From Thalia democratica (lineage: Eukaryota), in contig OZ241831.1 of assembly GCA_965202585.1 (NCBI GenBank), positions 17,918,001 through 17,982,000 on the forward strand: a stretch of DNA of 64,000 bases, given 5' to 3'. The first letter of the stretch is position 1; the number at the start of each line of letters is the position of its first letter. A program made the translations under genes and the position numbers. The notes beneath the pieces are model-generated. The model was not told where the DNA came from. It did not search any database and saw only the letters and a list, made by a program, of their open reading frames with translations. Below, in pieces: positions 21,447-35,342 of this stretch.

Positions 21447-24203
21447 TGCTATGCTTTTTATAAAATTGCACTGTAAGTTTTTAAAGATTTCTTATATTTT
21501 ATAAAAACTTAAGTTTTTCTTTACAAAGTTTTTTGTATTTTTATTACGTTTATACTATGACTGACGAAATTAGTAACAGCAACATTTTTATCTTTACATT
21601 ACTTAGCGACTTTTTCGCAACTGACTAAGCATAAAACATTTTTGTTATAGCACAGGTTTTTTTGGAAAAGTTTAAAATCAACGAATAAAATTATAATCCT
21701 TTTTTCAAAAAGTTTGTATTGATTAGTACTGGACGTACTTAAACTTTAATTTTGCTTAAACATCAGTACGTTTGGTTTTCAAATATATTGATTACTGATA
21801 AATTACGTAAAAGTCTACTGATATACTCTGAAATTTATTGTTTAATTGTCTAATAAATCTTGTGTATTACAACAGGAAATTACCTTAAATTTTTCTAAGT
21901 TTTTAAACAAGTTTTTACAACAATGGTTTGCATTTTTACTGTTGTATTAATTTTTAGTAAAAACACTTTAATTTACTCAGGAAAAAATATGTTAGCAGTG
22001 AAATACTTAAACAAACTGAGTTTTAATAAAATGATTTAAGAAAATAAACTCTTTTACAAAAACATCAAAACTGTTTTCACTTAGCTTGTAATAATTTATA
22101 ACTTGGCAAAAAAAAACAATTTTATACGGTATGCTTTTATTGCTTTTTGAAAATGGACAAACTTAAATTCAAACTTTAACGGTTAATGATGAAGTAAATA
22201 CCTTAAAACGCTACAATAAAATCTATAATCTATCTAAACTACATCTGTAATTAAGATTTTTATCTTCTCTTTCCTCTTTTTTTAGTTAAACGTTAACAGA
22301 CTTTTAATATATTTTTTATTTTCAACTGTACTATTTTGACTGCACATTTATACATTAATTTTAGAAAACATGAGAAAAAAAACAATTTTTTTGTGTCTAC
22401 AACTTGAATCATAAATTTTAAAAGCATCCGTTAAAAGTCTATTTTCTATCAAAAATAATATTCTTAATGATTTGTAATGAAATGTTAAAACTATCCGCTC
22501 TTTGCATAAAAAATAATAAAACATACGGCTAAAAAGAAAACAGTAGGCTATAATTGGTGCTGAGATTTCCGTAGTCATAATCTTGATTAGTAAATTTAAT
22601 CAAGCACTTGTCTAATTAGTTTACTGTACATGCTCGTGCTCACACAATAGCAGCAAGGCCAAAGTGCCGTAGCGAAGACTGAGAAGCTCAGTTTTTCTGA
22701 CGCTAGTGAGAGAGCTCTTTGCACTGTTGCAAAAAAATCTTTATACAAAAAAAATGATACAAAGCTTTATCGTAACGTTACGCCAAATACTATTCGCAAA
22801 CAGATTAAAACACAAAACCGCTTTTCAATCCTTTTTAAAAGCTGCATATTGATGGCTTAAAACAAACTTTATAAAACTATAACAAATTTTTCGACACCTA
22901 GACCTTTAAAATGAACTGTAATATTGGTTTTAAAAAATTCAAAAAAATATTTTTTACTTTTATCTTATAAGTGAAAAGGATAAAATTAATGTAGTTTATA
23001 ACATTTATTTGATGAAAAATTGTCCTTACTTAATTTAGTGTAAATATTTATCCTTAAAGCAATTAGGTTTAGAAATTGATTAAAACAAAAGACCAGGTGT
23101 AATTGTAAACAGATATTCTTCTTTTAAGTAAAAATTTTATATATTATAATATACAATTGCTGTAACAACTGGTAAAGCATAAACTATAAAAGCAAACTTA
23201 GGTATTTGTAATTATTATTACACAACTAAATCACAAACCTATCTTTTTTTACATATAACACTAGTCTTTAGACTCTTAATTTTCAAAAATTTCTGATTAA
23301 AACTCAAAAGTTACTTACATATTTTTTTTCAAAAACAATAAATTTTAATGACTTTATCACTTAGTTGATTCAACTTTAGAAATTGTTTTATTTATAAAGT
23401 TAATTAACCACACAATCATTTTTAATCGACCATAGATCCAATTATAATACAAGGTTTTACTATAAGTACTTAATCAGACAGATTTCAATCCAGACAATTT
23501 TTTGTTTATAAAGTTACAGCTTTAAATATACTTTTAATTTTACTCTACGTAAAAATTAAGTTTTAGCAAAAAAAAAGTACTAAGTTACTAAATTCTGTTG
23601 AAACTATTTTTGTACAATATTTATAGCTTATTTTAATCTTCTAGAACTGCAAGAGATTGAGAAATCGAAAATTACACGGTAAACATCTACTAAATGCTCA
23701 CAAGCAATTATAATTACTCGATATTTTGTGATAAGGGGTTGAAGTGCGTGTTAAAATAATTAATTTACAACAGACGTCTTTTGTGCATTTTTGACGATTG
23801 TGCAGGACATTGCGGGGTTAATGTTGAACAACTTACTACATAGAGCACAATTTTGATAATGATCTGCTGTATCGTTTTTCAGTAATTGTTGGCATACTTT
23901 TTATGATGCACTTGATATACACGTACGGTAGTAAGGGATTGAGATTAATGGCTGCATCAACGGAGACAAGAGGCAAAAATGCTATTTTGAATGACATTTG
24001 CTACTGCAGTTGGTTTTTGCACTTTTTGCCTTAAATCGTAACGTTCATGAAGTTTTACTTTTTCAAGTTTTTTAAAATAAATTTTAAGTAACAGTTAAGT
24101 AGAAAAGATTTGTTTACTTTTTTTACTAATAAAACATTTACATGATAACTTTCTAAACAAGCTTACTTGATACATTTAAAGGTGACAAAAACTTAAATTT
24201 TAA

Positions 24204-24401
24204 ATGATGAGTGCCAATCAAAAAATATATCATATTAAGATCGACCAAACGGCGCCATGATAAAAAAAGACCAAAATGTATATGCATTTATCGCAAGTCG
24301 CCATCGACGAGAAACTGACAGTTGGCGCAAAGAGATCGACGAAATATTTTGTTTCCACCGACAGACATTTTGCAGTTTGCCGCTTCAAAAAAAAGAGATA
24401 A
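24204..24401 (+). other. Duplicated conserved element, copy A (CCAAT + GGCGCCAT + 41-codon sORF at 24276-24401)
   Basis: Aligns with 42211-42407; 86/90 identity over 24276-24365. Confidence 0.85.
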
Positions 24402-27400
24402 GGATCTTGCTGCGTTTAGATACATAAAACAAGACTTGTATGTGTACGCTCAGGACATTAGTAGTTTTAATTACAACAATTGTCTAAATGATGACTGTCT
24501 AAGCACATCTTGTTTAAGACAGAACGAACAACTTATATTTGGTAATAGCTAATTAAAGGTATTAATTAAAAAAGTTTTACATGATTTTAATTTTAGAGTT
24601 AAGTAATTGAACGTTATGTTAGAACGAGGCAGTTAAAACGGTTGAAATGTAGTTTACTTGTAAATTACAACACCGTTTTACTAACTTTTGCTAAATGCAG
24701 TTTACAATAAATATGTTAAGTACAAGTACTTTTATATATTGATCAAAACTAGTACATACTTTGAAAATATTCTTTTTTCAAAGTTTTACATGAGTTCTAA
24801 CATATCTGACAAAAAGATACTTCTTATGGCCGTTCCAGACATCTCAATCAAAAACTAGACAAAATCGTTTAATGAAGTGGAAGACAAAGAAATAGTTTAC
24901 ATGTTGATAGATGACGTTGTAACACAAGTAGTAGCAAGCAACGTAAACACAAACTCACTCTGCACGTCTAGTGTGTAGGGGTGAGCTAACTCAAGCAAAA
25001 ACTTAAGCTGGGGGTTCAAACCAACCTTGTATTTTGGCATCGTGCTTTCTCACGCCGTGGACCGCTTCGATTAATCTATATAGGAAGACAATACGGCAGA
25101 GATTCAAGTTTCTTTTAGTCAACAAATTTACCAATCGAGTTATCGCTTCGAGTACGTAATCTTCAAATAAATTTCAATTTGACAAGAAGTCGGTTATCTT
25201 AAACTGCGTGGTGTTTAATATCAAGAGACTTTTCAAAAAGATCAGACTTGCCTGGAAACCAACAAAGACAGGGGTGGGTAAGCGGATACTTAGTGGGGTG
25301 AATGGGAACACAAGTGAGAATGATTCGCACGTTAGGATGACATTTTCAGCGGTGTGCACGGCCGTCACTCAACACTCGGTTGCAATCACGCGTAGTTGTG
25401 ACGTATTTACTTGTACTTATTTGTTTGTAACCTTGTTTAATTGTTAAATAAAAAAATTGTGGTAAGTTATGTTTACATACGTTAAAAAACAAAAACTTTT
25501 CTCTTTGTTTGACAATATTTTTATAATTCATACAATCTAAAAAATAGACATTTTGTAAAGAAACTAAATTTACAAAATGCATAAAATTAAATAGAAATTT
25601 ATAAAAATCTTTAAACATTATAATGAAATACCTCTAATCCCATAGTTGTGGAATTGTAAGTTTAAATTTTTAGTCTTACCAGAATTTTTGATCAATTTTT
25701 TTATAACACTAGACTTTATTAGTGTGAAAAAATTGTAGTAAATAATGGAAATCTAGCAATAATTTTTTATAAGTCTTCAATCCTTATTAATTTTATTTTT
25801 TGTTTCTAATTTTAACTGTAAAATTTAAAATAAAATACTGTATAGAATGTATTTTAAAAGCGTACAATTAAAACCGGATTAAAATTTACAGTAAAAAATT
25901 ACAATATTGATAAAATTATTTCAATTGTTTTTAATAATTGATAATTAAATTTTTATACGAACATCACACTTTTTTGTAAAAGAGGTTAGTATTTAAACCT
26001 TTCCTCCTATAAAAGTTAGTGTAAAACCAACAAATTATGTTTAAAATCGAGCTTATAGTAATTACGAATAAGTTTTAATTTTCTTTTTGAATAATGATCT
26101 TCAATATAAAACTTAAGATTTAAATGAAATTTTTAAGAAACGCTAAATGCTATTCGTTATCATGTTTGGTGGTTAGCAGTAAAACGATTTTTAAGAATAA
26201 ACTAATTTAGTTATATTTTGTAAAACTTGTTAAGTAATTTTTTACTCACTAACTTAAATAGTTTTTTGTACTTGATTAGAATTCAAACTAATACTCTTTC
26301 TTAATTTAATTATGCGATAAAACACATAAGAAGCACGTTAGTAATAACTACTCTATTTAATTTCATTAAATATATTTAATTTAAACCAAAGCATTTAGTA
26401 TTAAATAAACTTAATTATTTTCAAGTTGTGCTTGTCTGTTTTACTTTTTTGTTCTATTGTTTCTTTAAATTAAAACATGGTGAAGAACTTTGACATTTGT
26501 ATTAAATGTACACAATATATTTAATATTTTTGTTTACACCAAAATTTCTGAGATAATTATCAAGTTTAATCTGTTTTCAAGTTATATGTAAAACAAAACG
26601 CTTTTCAAACTTTCTAAACGTTAAACAATGAAATAGTTGTCAAGTTATTCTAACCTACTTAAAACTTAATTGGCCGGAAAGCTTTTGTTTTTAGTTGCTT
26701 AAACAAACCAAGTAGAGTAATCAATAAATTGTTATCTGTAAAAGGTAGTTTTTAATACTTAAATAAAAAACTTTTCAAAACACTAAGTTTTGTTGAAAAA
26801 AAAATTAGATATTTATGTTACTAAACTAAAATCGAACTCCTAAAGGTGTAATATATAAAAAAAAATATTTAACTTTACCCACCATAACAATTTTACAAAT
26901 AAAAACGTTCTTAAAATTATTTTAGACTAAAACAATAGTTTAAACAAGTAATCCTATTACAAACGTAAGTGGTGCAGTTTTCTTACTAAGTTCAGTTGGT
27001 GTTATACCAATTAATTAACTGTATCAAGGTGTGTGACAATTTCTAGTCCGAGCTTTTTTGTGGCGGTGGAAATCTTATTTCCTTTTCCCTATGATCATAA
27101 TCATGGCGGCTTAATGCTGCACAAACTCATTATTATGACCAATTTTACGCTTATTTGAATGAAGTAACGAGCTAAGAGCGGCATTTTTTAGCATTAAGCC
27201 TGGTATTAGGCAAATTATCCTCTTTTCTTATAAAACGAACATTCTTCTAACAAAAATAGCCTCACACGCTGAAGTTTGAATCTTCATTGATTAGGATACA
27301 CATCTTAGAAAGTATCTTACATCTTGCTTAAACTGTTTATGACTTCAAGACGGCAAAGCTGTAAGTACACTTAAAAATAACTTTTTACAAAATATATCGT

Positions 27401-27891
27401 AAAAAAGCTTTGTAGAAAATACGGAAATAAACAAAAAACAGTTTGTAAAGTGTTTTATTTTTTATGTAAAGTATACTAACTTTACTTACGGAAACGGATA
27501 ATTTAATATTCTGTACTAAAACTAACTATTTTATTATATATGCTTTAAACTTATGTTTAATATAAAGTAACATTATTTTCTATTTTAAAGTTGTCTTTGT
27601 TTATTATTTATTCTAGTCATACAAAACACGTTTCTATAAACATACAAATAGTTTAAACATAAGCCCTTCTTTTTTATTTTTCTGAATTCAGTTTAAAAGA
27701 ACCAAGTATATGTTTCATGCTTAAAAAGCAGCCTTTTTAAAAAGCTATCAGGAATTTTTTTTTGAAATATCTAGGTAAATCGTCCTTTAAGATTTTAAAT
27801 ATGTACAGTAATTAATATAAAAAATGAAAATTTCTGCATAACAAATACAAAGTTTTTTGATTTGATTTTTTCAATTTGATATAAAAGTTTT

Positions 27892-28289
27892 GGGTAGCTG
27901 TCAAATTTGCACAAGCGTATAAAACTGCACGAATATACTTTTGCACGAAGACACTTTTGCACGAGCAGAAAATTTTGCACTGAGACATTTTTGCACAAGT
28001 TTAATTTTTTATTTATTTGTATATATATTTTTTTAATCACTGTTACCCCTAACCCTTACCCTCGGTCAGTAACATTTTTTTCTATTTTTTATTTAATAGA
28101 TTATCTTTTATTTTTTTTTATAGTTTTTTCTGTTTTTTTTTACTCTTGTGCAAAAATGTGACTTGTGCAAAATTGACCCTTGGTGCAAAATTGTCTTTGT
28201 GCAATTTTGTGCACTTGTGCAATTTTGTGCACTTGTGCCATTTTGTGCACTTGTGCAATTTTGTCTTCGTGCAATTTTGACCCGTTCCC
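27892..28289. mobile_element. Non-autonomous Mutator-like (foldback-type) element
   Basis: Termini gggtagctgtcaaatttgcac / gtgcaattttgacccgttccc; perfect 9-bp TSD aaaagtttt (27883-27891, 28290-28298). Confidence 0.88.
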
Positions 28290-31200
28290 AAAAGTTTTGT
28301 ATTCGGACTTAAATAAGCAATAAAAAGTTAAAATAGCTTTATTAACAACTAACAACAATATTAAACTTTGAGTTATTCAAAGAAAACTGTTATAATAGTT
28401 TTGATTATCTACGAAATATTTAGTTCATATCTAAAATTACAACCTTTTGTACTTCTTAAACAGCAAACAACAGTTAAGCCTATTTTTTTTTGTTTGAAAA
28501 TAAAACGATCATGTACTAGATTAATTAAAGGGTAAAAAATCCTTAACAACCAAGCTTGCTTATTTTAAATACTCAAACTTTAAAAGTTATAAAAATAAAG
28601 TTCCTTTTTTAGCATAATATGAAAAATTATATTTAATAAAAGAACATGAGGTTGTTTTATTCTTATTTGAAACGATTTTGTTAAAAAGAAAAAATGATCT
28701 ATTAAGCATTTTTAATGTGTTTGGAAATTTTGAAGTTTATATTGAAATTATAATAAATAAAATTTTATTTTCAAATGCTAAATGAAAAAATTGCAAGCAT
28801 TTGAACACAAAAGTTTATATATATTACAAAATTCTAAAAAGTACAGCAAATACAATTATACTAAGAAGTTGTGTTTTAGACAACTTTTAGAAAAAAAAAT
28901 TAAGAATTTTTTTATCAAAAATTGTACTACCCTATCGTTTTTTTTTATTAGACAACAACACATAAAACGAATGATTGCATGTAATCAAGTTTTGAAAAAG
29001 GTGTTTTTTAGGCGTAAAAATTCTAACTTTCCTGCATAAACGAAACAAATTCCTCTGCTCTGGATAGGCTCCAAGCAAATATTTGCAGTCTAAATTTTGA
29101 TGCCTGATAATATTGAAAGGGGCAGCTCTCCGATAAGAACAAGCCAACGACCTTAACCAGAAGCCGCCGATGAAAAAGCAGCAGAAGGACCCATGCCAAC
29201 ACTCTAGGGGCTCAATGTTGCCATGGAGTCTCATGCGCAGATTTCGTCATGGCAACGGAGCTCATCAATATCTCATCAGCATTTCTAACGATGCATAACG
29301 GTTACTTTTTTTCATTGAATAAGTAAGCAAATAAATAACAAATAATAAAATATTTTAATTTTTAGTCTACTAAAATATATATGTCCAGTCCAGTTATTAG
29401 CAATTTTGGTAGTTGACTTTTTAGTAAAATTTAAACGTTTTATATTCTAATCTTTCTTTAAACTTTGTCTAACATTTTCTGTTTTAGCACTAGCTTATAT
29501 GTTCTTAACTTTTTTATTAATCCTTTAATAATTGTTTTTATTTTTAAGCTAATTCAAAGCTAAATAAAATGAGTTACATTTTTTTTTTAAATTTCAGTTA
29601 CTAAGTATTTTGAACTACTTGTTATAATTTTTTGTGGTTTAGTTTAGTTTGCCGATATTTTTTGCTTTATTGTTATTATCAAGCATATTTTCCACTTTTT
29701 AACAATTTTTTACTTAATATGATACTACTTAGTACTAAAATTCAAATGAACTTCTTTTAGTGTGAACAAAATGTTTATACTTTGTTTTTATCTATAAATT
29801 ACTTATGTTTTTTTAACGTCTATTTTAACTATTTTTTATTTTTTCTTATAAAAATATGTAAATTTTTCATACATTTATTGTCTAAGTAGCGGTTAAAACA
29901 TTATAGTACAAATCTAGACTAAAAACTAACGTTCTTGATTATATGTTGTCATAGCTAAACGATTAATAAATGATGCAATTTGGAACAAAGCAGTTTGGTA
30001 TATTAATATAATGAAGTATAATTAATTTAATAAGCCATAAATACAATCCAACATCAAACAACAATACTCGCTTTTTAACGTGTTTACTATCAGATGATTG
30101 CACACTGATGAAAGAAATAGCAAAAACGGTAGCAATTTGAATTTTGCCAAAACAAACACAGCGTCAAATTAAGCGTGAAAAAATAGACTGATTGAAGATA
30201 GCTTTGGACAGGAGATACTGAGTTTGCTCGTCCGATTGATAGTGCATCAGCCACTTCAAATCGCTTGATTACCCGTGTAATTACACTCATACATTTGTGA
30301 ATATCATCAGTGCCGTGCCTTTGCAAAACAGTGCTCGACTTGCCATAATGTTAAGCTCGATCTGCTGTACTTTGATGTCTTTAGGTGAGCTACATTTTTA
30401 GGTACACTTAAATTTCTTACAAATAAATTCGCATAAACTTAATTTATGCCAGCATGAAAGTTTTGAATATATACAGTTTTTATTAACAACCTTGTGTTTT
30501 AAAATTATTTGATAAAGTTAATACGAAACTTCTAGCTCAAAGAAATCATAAAAATTTATTTATCAAATTGTTATATAGCGTGAGTTTTGAACTGTGAAAT
30601 AGCTTTTATTCTTGTATTTAAACACTAAATATGATTCAAAGAAATTTAGCTCAACATTCAAAATTAAAAACTTTTAAAGCGTATATTTTCTATAAAGAAA
30701 ACTTTCACTAACGAAAACTTAATCGGACCTTTTATAACATACGATTGTTTTAACTTTTCATGAGCTATGAAAATAAGTTGCTTTAAAACAGTGGTCTTTG
30801 AATTTGTAAAAAAAAAAACTGTACACAGTAAATTATTTGAAAATGAATAACGTGCACAATTGACTATAAAAAGTACAAATTAATGATGAAACCGCTACTT
30901 TTAATTTTCTTTTGAGTTTCTTAACGTGCGAATAACGATTTAAAAACTGGTAACTTTGGCTATACTTCTAAAAGAAAAGTATAAGACAGTTTTCATGTAA
31001 AAGGTATTTTTTCACCTTATTATGTTTTCTGTGCGCAATAAACTAACTTTTGTGCTCACTACGGTGCCCAGTTGCAAGAGTTATAAAGGGAGCTGCCTTA
31101 AACTAATTAATAAGCTTGACTAAAGTTTTTACGCTGCATAAGCTCTCACTTACTAACAACTTGAGTACAAAATGCTTCTATAAATGTGTTGCAACTACCA

Positions 31201-34200
31201 TTCTACATACTTAATTAAATTAAGCAAGTTGTTTATTAAACAAATATTTGATCTGATAATTCTTCAAGTGTAAAATTTAACAAAAAACAATATTTTACGA
31301 TAAATTGAGTTTTCTTCTTGAACTTTAAGGTTAAGTTGTTTGAAAAACTATACTGTTAAACTTTAAAAAAATCTAGCTAAATAAAAAAGTATATTCTTGA
31401 GTTTACAAAAACCGAAACTAAACTAAAGAAGGTCTTGGTTTCTTTAAAATATTGCAATCAAAGCAATATGTACGAATTATAAGCAATATAGTACTACTGT
31501 GTAATCATTGTCAATAATTTTAAAAAAAGTTCTAACAAACTTCTAAAGTTTTGATATTTCATATTCGTAATACTCATGATTTGAACTTAAAAAACTTGCA
31601 GCAAATTTGTTTCGCAGTGTGTGAGGTCTTTCTATTGTTTAGTTGTTATCAAATCGTTTAGACGGTTTTATTACAAAGGTGGTTCCGAATTAATTCCTAT
31701 TGATCTTGTCAACGTTTTATACTGCATTCAAGTCACCCACCCACAGCTGGTAGTAAAAACTTGATACTTTTAATCTGATCTAGAATTTCAACAAAAGCAA
31801 ACGATGAGTGTTCAAACATTTAATTATACGTTGATGTTTTTGATCAGGCCAAGTATGAGTATTTGTGCAGTATCAATGATAACTAGTTGTGCAATTTTTA
31901 AAACTTTGTAAATCGAGTACAACCTGATTACGCTCTTTAATAATCAGAAAACGAAAGCTTTTCAAAGTTTTTAGCTAACTAAAGCAGATGATAAAAAGCT
32001 TTAACCAAATTAATGGTTATGTTAAAAATATTATACAGCTATAAGTGATTTTTATAAATCAATTTTGTTGATTCAATTTTGATAAATTATATAACAAAAC
32101 CATAAATTTTAAATTTTTAAAACTCAAATAAAAAATTCCATAGTTACACTTTATATAAACATGTATAACTTTAGAGGTATAAAAAATAACTAAAGTGCTA
32201 ATTAATCTAATTTCTTAAGTGGTAACACAATATTAAACTAAACTTTTTTCAAATGTTTTTTAGATCTGTTATGTACTTGAATGAAGGTTATTTGTGTAAC
32301 TATATCGTAACAAAAATCATAAAACATGTAATTACTCTCCACAAAGTTTTTGAGCGGTTAAAACCTATAAACAAATTATATTTATTATAACTGTTTATAC
32401 TATAAGTTCTAAAACTAGCTCTTAGATAAACTTAAAATTATGAAGAGACAATCAATTGATAAACTTAAATCGTTTTAATCAGTGTGATTATTGTTTGTTT
32501 AAGTATTATTTTTTAAACTTATTGAAGACTTTAAAACTCATCTATTTTTAGACATTATAAGTTTAGCCTTTTACGAAAATATAAAGCTTTTAGTACAACC
32601 GAACTAAAACATATAAATTTTGCTTACCAAAATTTTCTAGAAATAGTTATTATAAATAAATAATATTAGAATTACGTTTTTGTAAATACTAAACTCTTCT
32701 TATAGTACTATAAATAAAATATACACAGATCAGACTTTTAAAGAAGATAAAGTATGTGTAAGTATTTATGTTAAAAAAAGTGTAGAACTAGTTTTAAAAA
32801 CTTATCTTAGTTTTAGAAACATAAATGTTGGTTCAGTAATACTTTTAGAAGAAAAGTTTAACAAAAACATCAAAAATTAAACAAATTTTGCTAAAGATGA
32901 AAATCTTTTTCGATTGTAAATAAATGTAAACCGACCTAACATTATCACAATTTAAAAAAATATGTATGCTTTAAGGTAAAGCTATTTTTTATTTTCTACG
33001 ATTTTTAATAATTCTAAGACATTTATTTAAACATTATATGTTTTCAAGGCGTTTAAATACTATTAAAATTCTAAAAGTCTATAAAGTACGATGCATTATT
33101 AAAACTCTAAATTTATGTGCCTAATTTTTTAGATATTTTTTTTCTTTAAAATTTAATTATTTTTTCCCTTTAATTATCCTATTTATTTAAAAATATCTAA
33201 TGTTCTTATAATTTGTTAAACGAACAAACTAAAACAAAAGTTTTAAATTCATGTAAAAAAAAATGTTTGCTGTTAAATATATAAGATAATTTTAACTTCA
33301 ATTACATAATTTATACCCAAAAAGTTGGCATAATTAATTTAATGTCGTTTGTTTAACTTTTTTAGAAATTTACCACCGAGTATACTGTTTAAAAAAATTA
33401 TCAAAAGTTTTAATGTACTAAACACTGAATAGTCTTTAGTTTAACACTACATATTGCTTTTAATCTTTTAACTTAATTTGTTCTTAAAGTTTAAACATAC
33501 TTTTTTTTTGTTATATTTAGTAATTTATTATATGTAAATTAATGCTTTATTAAATCTTATAGTTTACAAAACCCTAAATACCCTAAATAACCCTAAATAT
33601 ATTTATGTTTACTTTTTTATTGCTCCTTCTATAATTTATTTAATTGCAAGATAATAAAAAAAAATTAACCTTTAAAGTAAAATTAGCACAATATTCTCTA
33701 CTATGATAAAATCATAATGTAAAAAAGTATTTATCTTTTTTTTTATATAACATACTGTTGTGAACATCATATGTTAGCAGGTTAGCTAGTCTTACAATTT
33801 TTTAAGTAAAACTTTTCAAGTTACTTTTATTTTCAAAACTAATTTACATAATACTCCAAAAATATGTTCAGGATCATTATATTTTTTTATTTATAAGCTA
33901 AGAAGAGTCAGATAAAACAGCTAAGATGGGGTTATGTTAAGTCAAATTGAAAGACTTAACCGTCACTTCGTCATTTTTGCTTGATCAGTCAAACATATAA
34001 AGCACACACAAACATATCGGATTTACTTCAATAAACACGGTACCGCGGAACATTTCTTTTTATGTTGCCGCTAAATTTACTTAATTTTGTTTTTTATTGT
34101 ATTTGTTTCAAAATTCAAGTATATACGTAAAAAAAATTAACACAGTACTTATTTAATAAAATTCGTTGTGAATAATGTATAGGTTTCTTATAGAACATTC

Positions 34201-35342
34201 TTTGCATAACATTAATTTTTAGCTGTTTTATATCAAATTTAATTAGAATACAGCCTCTCACTTTCAATAAAAAGAAATAAAAAAGCTACTTGTTTATTCT
34301 TTTTTTTTTAAACTTTGTAGCAATTAAAGTTTTTTTTTACAAGTTTATCAGTATAAAATGACAGTTCATAAAAACTATACCTTTAAAAAAAGCGCAACAT
34401 ATAAAAATACAGAGTTATGTTTAGCTAAAAATCAAAACGTGGATATTTTTGATCGATGTTTAGATACATGATGTATTAATTTACTCAATTACTTTTATCG
34501 AACAATTTCAAGAAATTGACCATTAAGTAAAAGCCTTACAATACTTATCACAAAATTATAAAACTTTTACTTTAAAAACGACTTAGTCACGAAGCCTTGA
34601 TAATTTGAAATCATTGATATGTAGGACGTGAAATGTTTTACATAAATAAGTAAACATGACAAAATGTAGCTTGTACACGTTTTGTTGAATTACAGTTTTC
34701 CTCCATTTTAAAGGTAAAAAGTTTGAAGCCTACTTCTGATTTTTTCTGAAAAGTCAAAAACGCCATAAATTTAAAAATGAACATTTACCTTTAACTCATT
34801 TAGTAAAAAATATCATACGATTAATTTCAAAACAATATAATAATGTTTTCTTTAAAAAAAGTCCCTTAAACATGACTTACCCTTTAGTTTTTTATTTTAT
34901 TTTTTACTGAAAAGGAAGTTCTAACTTAAAATATTTTCTTTTAAACCTTTTACTGTATACTTTAAGACCTTTGTCATAACCCTTTTATTTAAAAATTCTA
35001 AATGAGAAAAAGGCTGTCTATAAAGTTTTTTTAATTTTTTTACCATTTTATTATAAGTTGTCTTATATCTGCTTTTTTGTTTAAACTACAGACTATTTGA
35101 TTTTATTTTTAAACGGTAAACCTCGTAAGATTCATTTAGAAAACTAAAAACAAATGCAAAACAAAAAGTGAAAACTATTTTTTAAAACTAACAGGGCTAA
35201 AACGCTAGTCTTAAATCAAAAAACTTACAGCTTAGTTAGTTTTATTTTTTTATTTTCTTATTGTTTAGTTATCAAACTATTAGATAAAATCCTAAATGAA
35301 TAATATATCGAAATTAAATTTTTATAGGTCAATACTAAAAAT

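Noticed and set aside
29225-29282. Minus-strand CTGATGA...GAAA hammerhead-like spacing
   Set aside because: Stem II does not pair, U16.1 is C and no stem I forms. Similar near-misses at ~30304 and ~48993 lack the GAAA.
33572-33599. (CCCTAAATA)3 resembling a plant-type telomere repeat
   Set aside because: Only three 9-10 nt units, consistent with slippage.
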